NCBI RefSeq assembly: GCF_006345805.1
Contig: NW_021825543.1
Span: 1-15,250, forward strand
Source: Octopus sinensis
Lineage: Eukaryota
Direction: 5' to 3'
Length of the DNA stretch: 15,250 bases
The notes beneath the pieces were generated by a model. The model was given only the letters and a program-made list of their open reading frames with translations. It did no database searches and was not told the origin of the DNA. This document shows, piece after piece, positions 8,311 to 15,250 of this stretch. A program made the translations under genes and the position numbers. Numbering within the stretch: the first letter of the stretch is position 1; each line of letters begins with the position of its first letter.

Positions 8311-8719
8311 ACGAAACATATTTGTCGAAAAGGGAACGTTGAATAGGAGCCTATATAATTTTAGTGAACGCTCCTTTACACAAAAATGCGTGACCTAATA
8401 ATTATGTTATATTATTACGAACCTTATCATTTGTTGTTGTTGTTGTTGTTTCGCTCCAAATCAACATCGATTTTTAAGACTCAGGATGAAAGTGTTCCAG
8501 CTGAGACGTACCTATCCTTTAAAATTATTTAGGACAACATTAACACGTCGTTCCCTTTTCGAGAATGTAAAGTGTGATTTGAGTGTGTGATTTTCGTTGG
8601 TCGACCAATTAGTAACACTCACCCTCGCCGGTTCATGTAATAAACAGCCACGACATTATGTGATCGTAGATTGGAATTTAGAATTATCTTTACTCATTTG
8701 CACATGGATAATCGTTTTT

Positions 8720-9144
8720 TATGAAGAAAGGCTGAAGACGCTCGATCTTTATTCTCTCGAAAAACGACGACGCCATGTGATCTCATTCTCGCTCACAACA
8801 TCATAAGCGGAAAGTGTAACCTCTCGAAAGAGCTGTTCTTCACTCCTGCTCCAGGGCGTGGGCTGCGGGGTCATTCCGAAAAGCTCTATCTACGACGATT
8901 TCATCTCAGTCGAAGGAGAGGGGCTTTCTCTGTCCGTGTTGCGGATCCGTGGAATAAGCTGCCGGACGAGATAGTGAAGATGCCGACGACTGCTCGGTTC
9001 AAAGTCTCTCTTGACCAGAAATGGCCTGAATTCTTTGTATGACCATCCTCCCTGTCCCCCGACATGGCCTTGCTTTTGCTTTTTGAGCCAATAAAAATTG
9101 AATTGAATTGAATTGAATTGAATTGAATTGAATTGAATTGAATT
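8720..9144 (+). mobile_element. CR1-type LINE, 5'-truncated 3' end with (AATTG)n tail
   Basis: YEERLKTLDLYSLEKRRR, then a frameshift at ~8778 to DLILAHNIISGKCNLSKELFFTPAPGRGLRGHSEKLYLRRFHLSRRRGAFSVRVADPWNKLPDEIVKMPTTARFKVSLDQKWPEFFV* (TGA 9040-9042). This is a typical CR1 ORF2 C-terminus. AATAAA at 9090-9095; nine AATTG units at 9096-9140. Confidence 0.9.
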
Positions 9145-9557
9145 AAATGATCAGGTATCAGTAGTGTTCTTTTTTTTCCTTAATATCTTAGTCGGTCGAG
9201 GAAGACTTGTATCACATAGTTTCTTTCATAGCGTGTGAGTCTTGCAGGAGGGAAAGAAATTGCTTGCAGAACAGACTCATGCTTTGAATGTTAAAATTAC
9301 TCGAGGTTCAATTAATATTATTAAACAAAGCAACGAATTAAGTCTAGTTTCTCCTTACACGAAAAAAGACCGTTTTTGCTTCCTCGCATTTTTTGTTCAC
9401 TAGATTCCACTTATAAGTCTTTACTCAACCCGTGAATATAATAGATGCTTGCTTTTGTGACGTGAAGTTGTATCGAATGTAGAAGCTACGTTGGTCCGAA
9501 ACGGACGTATTGATGATACAGCCTTATCTCTATTATATATAAACGGCAAAATGTCTC

Positions 9558-9597
9558 TGTGTGTGTGTGTGTGTGTATGTGTGTCTGTGTGTGTGTC
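9558..9597. repeat. (TG)n microsatellite
   Basis: Directly visible. Confidence 0.9.
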
Positions 9598-9880
9598 CTT
9601 TATACAAAGCCACAATTTTTCAGTTAGAGGGCTCACACTTTCTATGGTCATTCAAAACCATCCAAGGGTGGTCGTGCACATCTTTACATTTCCCCAGTCA
9701 CCCCGCAAAGCCATTAAGAAATCAATAGAAATGACTTTTTTGTGAACTTTCTATCCAAAACCCAATCAAAATGCCGAAACTCGATACGTCAATTGAATGC
9801 CAGCTAGCTGTATGTGATTGGTCGGCGATTTGGACAGTACTCGCGTGTATGTGCGCACGCACGCAGCTGTATATGCATGC

Positions 9881-9921
9881 ACTAGCACTATGACCTGGCG
9901 TTGCCGGGTCATAGTGCTAGT
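9881..9921. repeat. Near-perfect palindrome (19-bp arms, 3-nt loop)
   Basis: ACTAGCACTATGACCTGGC-GTT-GCCGGGTCATAGTGCTAGT; 18 Watson-Crick pairs and one T-G. Confidence 0.95.
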
Positions 9922-10144
9922 CATTACTACGCCATTTTCTTACATAGCTAAAAACAATAAACGAATCTGGCTAGCAAGCTCTATTACAGCTTTATCTTCT
10001 ATTCTAAAACTTTTTCAACACCCTCCTCAATAGAATGTTCGTTGCAAAAATTTTTTGAATTTGGAGAGGTTATTTTATTAATATAAAATTTTAAATTGTA
10101 ATCAGTTGAGTCCTTCTTCAACCGGAACACCTTTTATTTTTTTA

Positions 10145-10545
10145 TCTTTTACTTGTTCCAGTCATTTGACTGCGGTCATGCTGGAGCACCGCCTTGAAGG
10201 GCTTTAGTCGAACAAATTGACTCCAGAGATTATGCGTATTTATAAGCCTGGTACTTATTCTATCGATCTCCCTTGCCGAATGCTAAGTTACGGCGTCGTA
10301 AACACACCAGTTGTTAAGTGATGGTGGGAGACAAACACAGACACAGACACAGAAATACACACACACACACACATAAACACATAGGCACACACACATAAAC
10401 ACATAAACAAACACACGCAGGTACACACATAAGCGCATAAACACACACTCACATATATGTATATATACGACGGGCTTCATTCAGTTTCCGTCTACCAAAT
10501 CCACTCACAAGGCTTTGGCTGATCCGAGGTTAGAAGACGTTTATC
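10145..10545 (-). mobile_element. SINE family B copy lacking the tRNA head, with expanded internal (CA)n
   Basis: Colinear with 6653-~6985: CTTTTACTTGTT(T/C)CAGTCATTTGACTG...TATACGACGGGCTTC...CCGTCTACCAAATCCACTCACAAGGCTTTGG. Confidence 0.82.
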
Positions 10546-10565
10546 ACAACCAGCACCATTAGTAT

Positions 10566-10649
10566 CACCACCACCACCGCCGCCGCCGCCGCCACCACCA
10601 CCACCACCACCACCACCACCACCACCACCACCACCACCACAACCACTAT

Positions 10650-10720
<71 letters not shown>

Positions 10721-10770
10721 TTAATAATAATAATAATATATAATAATAATAATAATATAATAATAATAAT
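10566..10770. repeat. (ACC)(GCC)(ACC)(ACT)(AAT) compound trinucleotide array
   Basis: Directly visible. Confidence 0.95.
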
Positions 10771-10772
10771 AT

Positions 10773-11311
10773 ATACACTGGAAGCCATGCCAACATTATG
10801 GAAAAACAATAGAAAAAAGATGCTGTAGGCACACGCCAGGAAAGTCCACAGAAAATGAGAAATCAACCATACACTGGTAAATGCCAATACACACAGATAG
10901 TGAAATCAAAGTCAATAGGCCGGATATAACTGTCAGTGTTACTTTTTAATCGACGTATCAGTACCAACAGATGACAATGGTTCTCTAAAAGAAACGGAGA
11001 AACTTTCAAAATACAAAGATCTGGAAATGGAGGTAACTTGAATGCAGAGCCTCAAAACAGAAACAATTCCTATCACAGAAGGCGCAATAAGTATGATAAA
11101 AAAACATTCGGACAAATATATAACAAAAATACCAGGACTTACAAGTATATATAACATCTAGAAAATAGCACTACTAGGCACCGCACACATCCTACATCAA
11201 ACACTTTCAGTACGGAGAAATTTAAGAGCACCACAACAAACTACAGCACATAACCAAGGCAAACGAACTGTGCTCGGTAGTGCAGTGGAAGCAGTGATAA
11301 AAATACAACTG
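10773..11311 (+). mobile_element. R4/Dong-like LINE 3' fragment encoding a decayed restriction-like endonuclease (RLE)
   Basis: IHWKPCQHYG...IHW*MPIHTDSEIKVNRPDITV, then a frameshift to FLIDVSVPTDDNGSLKETEKLSKYKDLEMEVT*MQSLKTETIPITEGAISMIKK...I*KIALLGTAHILHQTLS. It shows the RPD (10917-10925), ID, KYKDL and GTAHIL hallmarks. Stops at 10878, 11039 and 11159. Confidence 0.88.
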
Positions 11312-11347
11312 AATGATAATAATAATAATAATAATAGTAGTAGTAGT

Positions 11348-11397
<50 letters not shown>

Positions 11398-11460
11398 ACA
11401 ACAACAACAACAACAACAACATAATAATAATGATAATAATATAAGGTAATGTATAATGAA

Positions 11461-11502
<42 letters not shown>

Positions 11503-11503
11503 G

Positions 11504-11564
<61 letters not shown>

Positions 11565-11594
11565 TAATAATAATGATGATAATAATAATAATAA
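11312..11594. repeat. (TAA)(TAG)(CAA)(TAA) compound trinucleotide array
   Basis: Directly visible. Confidence 0.95.
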
Positions 11595-11726
11595 AGAAGA
11601 ACACATATTTAACATGTGAGACCGATAAAACACTGCTCCGAAATCTATTCAAAATCATCGGGAATAAAGACACCACATGGAGCCTAAAATAACTGACAAA
11701 GTGTTATCCGGGTAAGTAATGCACAT

Positions 11727-11980
11727 TAAAATTTATTTCTATTTTCCGAATGTAACGATGAATTTTAGTGGTGTGTCACCTCCGTCACTCGCACGACACG
11801 TGTAAACACGCTCGCCACACTGACGAAGCACTGGACTATACCCGAGTAAGTAATACTCATTAAAAGTGTGGGACTATATCCGAGTAATACTAAAATTTGT
11901 TTCTATTTTCCAAATGAAATAATGTATTATAACTGTGTGTCAGATCCATCACTCGCACAAGACCTATAAACACGTTCGCC
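11727..11980. repeat. Diverged direct repeat, ~90-100-bp units offset by 164 bp
   Basis: 11727-11816 versus 11891-11980 match at 72/90 positions without gaps (counted by hand). Confidence 0.8.
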
Positions 11981-12380
11981 ACATTACGATCCAGTCTACA
12001 TGAGACCATCTCCGTCCGCTACCACCATGCACAAAAACATGAACACTAAATTAAATAATGTCCGTATTATTGAACCCAAGGATAACAAGCGGGAAGTACG
12101 TACTTTAAATTTGTTACACAAAAAGTACACGAACAAAAGCATTTGACACCAGAAATGAACGGAACGATACCCTACGAAAATGATGACCATCAAAATAAAG
12201 AGTCGGACGTTATTCCCCATGTCACTCAATTAAAACCAAAAAATCATAAATGGACACGTAAGGAATGTATTTCAATCTCACACGCTTATTTTACAACAGT
12301 GCTTTACCCAAATAACGGAACCGCAACAATATATACTCATAAAACCTGAAAGATGATGATGATGATGACAACAACAACAA

Positions 12381-12571
12381 TGGTTTCAAATTTTTCCACA
12401 CGGGCAACAATTTTGGGGGAGGTGATGATTCGATTACATTGATACTAGTGTTCAACTGGTATTTATTTTATCGACCTCGAAAGGATGAAAGGCAAAGTCG
12501 ACCACGGCGGAATTTGAACTCAGAACGAAGAGACGGACGGAATAACGCGAAGCATTTCGTCAGCTCGACGC

Positions 12572-12572
<1 letters not shown>
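12381..12572 (-). mobile_element. SINE family A copy (type-2 tail), head partly deleted; (GAT)(CAA) tail at 12352-12380
   Basis: TTTATCGACCTCGAAAGGATGAAAGGCAAAGTCGACCACGGCGGAATTTGAACTCAGAACG matches family A. Confidence 0.8.
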
Positions 12573-12631
<59 letters not shown>

Positions 12632-12664
12632 TAATATAATATAATAATAATAATAATAATAATA
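12573..12664. repeat. (AAT)n microsatellite
   Basis: Directly visible. Confidence 0.95.
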
Positions 12665-13769
12665 ATATAAAGAATAACATTTTGTAACAACTGTACCAAA
12701 AATTATATATTTTTGGAAAGAAAAATCATTTTCAATAGATTTCGTTGACTGTACTCATCCACCACTATTTTTCCGGTTTATGCAATTTTATCACCGTGAT
12801 AAAGTTTGAAATTATGCGAAGGAGAAAAGAGAAAGATATAAAGAAAAAAAGAAGAAAAAGAAAGATAAGAATAAAAAATGTAAGAATGGTAAATGTAGAA
12901 AAAGGAAAAGAGAAAAATGCAAATAGGCAGTTTATAAGTATAATATATATATATATATATATAATATATATTTATATAATATAATATATATTATATAATA
13001 TATATATATATATAGTATGTATGTATGTATATATGTATGTATATAATATATAGGGATGTATAAATATATGTAATATAGTATAACATATGGAAAGAAGAAT
13101 GAAAAGAAGAGAAGGGTAAGAAAATGGAAAAACGATAATTAGAAAGGAAAAATAAAATATAAAAACAAGGGGGCATTAACGTAATTATAAATATTATCAA
13201 CAAACAAAAAAGATATATATATATAGCGATATGAATTCTGAAATGAAATTGCCAAAGTTAATTTCGTTTAGTTGTTCGTTTCTTTAAATAATTCTAGTAT
13301 TTTCTAAATGGATGAACTAAAAGCCCTTCATGGCAGTTGAACAGGTAATTTAAGGAAGGGGACGTAAAGAATGAAAAATGATAATTGCTAAGAAAATTGT
13401 ACAAGATAATTTTGTATTAGAAGCCGAAGAATAGAGTATGTACGCTAGACGTAACTAACTAAGCGTGTACGCTCAGAGAAAAATATATTTGAACACGCGC
13501 GCAAAAACTTCTATGTATAATGTATAAATGGATGGGATATATACACGCACACAAACACACATGCGCACACATACATATCTATATACATATTTGCATATGT
13601 GTGTATGTGTGCATGTTTGTGTATGTTTTGTGTGCGTGTGTGTATCTGTTTGTGCGTGTAGATATGTACGTATTTAATGGTCAAATGACCTAATAGTATA
13701 CCCGTTGTGGTCATAGCAGTAGTGGTTGGAAATGTTCTAAATTCTTGTTGTAGTTCCATCTGCGATGAC

Positions 13770-15066
13770 AGAATTTAACGTTAATTTTTTTTTAGTTTGA
13801 CCAATATATTGTTCTTGACACCTTGAGCAAGTTAATACATGTATTGGGCTTTCTTAGGTACATGTGAAGTTGGTTTTCACTGTAAAACGTTGACCTTGTT
13901 TGAAAGAGAATTCCGATCCGTCAATTAGGTTGACACATATACCACAGTTAGGTCTTCGCATTTTGTTACTGTCGGTTTCGATGTTGTTGACGATTGTATC
14001 TGAGCCTGTGTTAGAAGACTTTATATTGACTAGGGTTGTCTTTTGCTCTTTATGATGGCGTGTATTTGGAGGATTTGATCCATTCTATGGACCCCTTTTA
14101 GTAAAGGGATGTTGTGGAGGATGGTGTTGAAGGCCTCATTGTTTAGGGGGTCGTGTGGGGATATGTATGGTAGGGCTTTTGGTTGTAAATCTTTCTTTAG
14201 TTTGGGGTGTCTGAGTTCGTGGATGTTGAGTTGTGGATGTTGAGTTGAAAGCCTATATCAATTAGTGATGGTAGGTGCATCCTTTAGCTTGTGTAGTCGT
14301 GTGTCCCTGGTGTTTCTATCAGATACTATAGTACAAGTCTTTTTTGATAGCTTGTAAGGGATATTCAATTTCGTGTGTCTGCGGTGGCAAGAGTTGAATG
14401 GAGATGTGGCAAGATATTGCTTGGAGTTCGTGGGCTTAGGGTAGATGTCAGTTTCTATTTTGGTGTTAGATTTCTTAATGAAGATTTCGAAAAATAGAAG
14501 TTGTTGGTGGCTTTATTCTATCGTAAATTGAACGCTTAATTCAAGTCCTTTCAAAAGTGTTTGAAATTTTTTAAGTCTCTCTATACTTTCGTACCAAAGA
14601 ATCAAACAGTCATCTAGATATCTTTTCCAGTCATTTACTATGTACAGGAAGAATGGGTTTCTGTATTTTTCTAGTACCTTACGATAGAGATCGATTTCTA
14701 GGTACCCCATGACTAGATTAGCAAAGAAGGGGACCATTCGCGTGTCCATCGTAGTCCCCAATTCTATCGATAGAATTTGTCATTAAATATGAAGTTATTC
14801 TCCAAGCCTTTCTATTACGAATTCTTTTAGCTCTTCTATTACGAATTCTAGTCCTTCTATTACGAATTTTTTGGGATGTGGTGTGGGAGTTCATTAGTGT
14901 AATTCTCTAGCCAGCCTCTATTCCTAGGCTGTGAGGGATATTGGAATAGAGGTTAGAGGTTGACTACATCAAAATATACTAGTAAGGAGCATTTATTTAT
15001 TGTTTCAGGGAGGTGGTTGAGCACATCTAGGTCGTATCTTATCTAGCTTTTGATATGCTTAAGAAA
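13770..15066 (-). mobile_element. Penelope-like element relic (RT core, thumb, Cys linker, GIY-YIG N-terminal part), heavily disrupted
   Basis: Minus-strand pieces: LDVLNHLPETINKCSLLVYFDVVNL/YSNIPHSLGIEA (FDVV 14962-14973), GTTMDTRMVPFFANLVMGYLE, WKRYLDDCLILW (YLDD 14609-14620), ETDIYPKPTNSKQYL, FNSCHRRHTKLNIPY, KC/RRPNCGICV (13932-13963), NFTCT*ESPIHVLTCSRCQEQYIGQT (YIGQT 13794-13808). Confidence 0.9.
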
Positions 15067-15080
15067 TATATATAAAAGGG

Positions 15081-15250
15081 AGGCGCAGGTATGACTATGT
15101 GGTAAAGAAAGTTCGCTTCCCAACCGCATGGTTCTGGATTCAGTCTCACTGCATAGTACTGTGGGCAAGTGTCTTATACTATAACCTCGGGCCCGACCAA
15201 ATCCTTGTGAGTGGGATTTGGTAGACGGAAACTGAAAGACGCCCCGTCGT
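15081..15250 (+). mobile_element. SINE family B 5' part, runs off window end
   Basis: AGGCGCAGGTATGACTATGTGGTAA...TGGATTCAGTCTCACTGC...CCTTGTGAGTGGGATTTGGTAGACGGAAACTGAAAGA is the reverse-complement homologue of 6900-7066. Confidence 0.82.

Noticed and set aside
9045-9095. Possible similarity between the CR1 3' UTR and the SINE A tail (TGTCCCC...AATAAA)
   Set aside because: Only short scattered matches; not alignable by eye.
9096-9144. CRISPR-like or telomere-like array
   Set aside because: Uninterrupted (AATTG)n without spacers, located right after AATAAA; it is the LINE tail.
12028-12147. 39-aa ORF with a good Kozak context (MHKNMNTK...)
   Set aside because: Short, with no homology cue or supporting structure.
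7951-12984. Poly-I/L/V/N/G/Y ORFs
   Set aside because: These are trinucleotide microsatellite artefacts with no domain content.
14513-14761. 82-aa ORF with YLDD as an intact gene
   Set aside because: It is a fragment of a stop- and frameshift-ridden Penelope RT, already included in the mobile-element call.

Overview
Repeat-saturated eukaryotic non-genic (intergenic or intronic) DNA. It is most likely from an octopod cephalopod; this is an inference from my recollection of the SINE families, not from a search. No host protein-coding gene is supported, and nearly all listed ORFs are microsatellite artefacts. The window holds decayed fragments of four retroelement classes: two Penelope-like elements (RT/thumb, Cys linker, GIY-YIG), an RTE-type LINE 3' end nested in one of them, a CR1-type LINE 3' end with an (AATTG)n tail, and an R4/Dong-type RLE LINE 3' end inside (TAA)n. 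It also holds at least four tRNA-derived SINE-like families (some nested, tandem-duplicated or TSD-flanked), a candidate MITE and many simple or compound microsatellites. Three signals stand out. (1) A minimal hammerhead-like motif with an apparently swapped G3-C8 core pair sits at the apex of a ~196-bp palindrome. (2) A Penelope-type minimal hammerhead is split by a SINE whose 16-bp TSD could allow the ribozyme to refold around the SINE. (3) A 39-bp palindrome looks like two Helitron-type 3' ends back to back at an A|T site.
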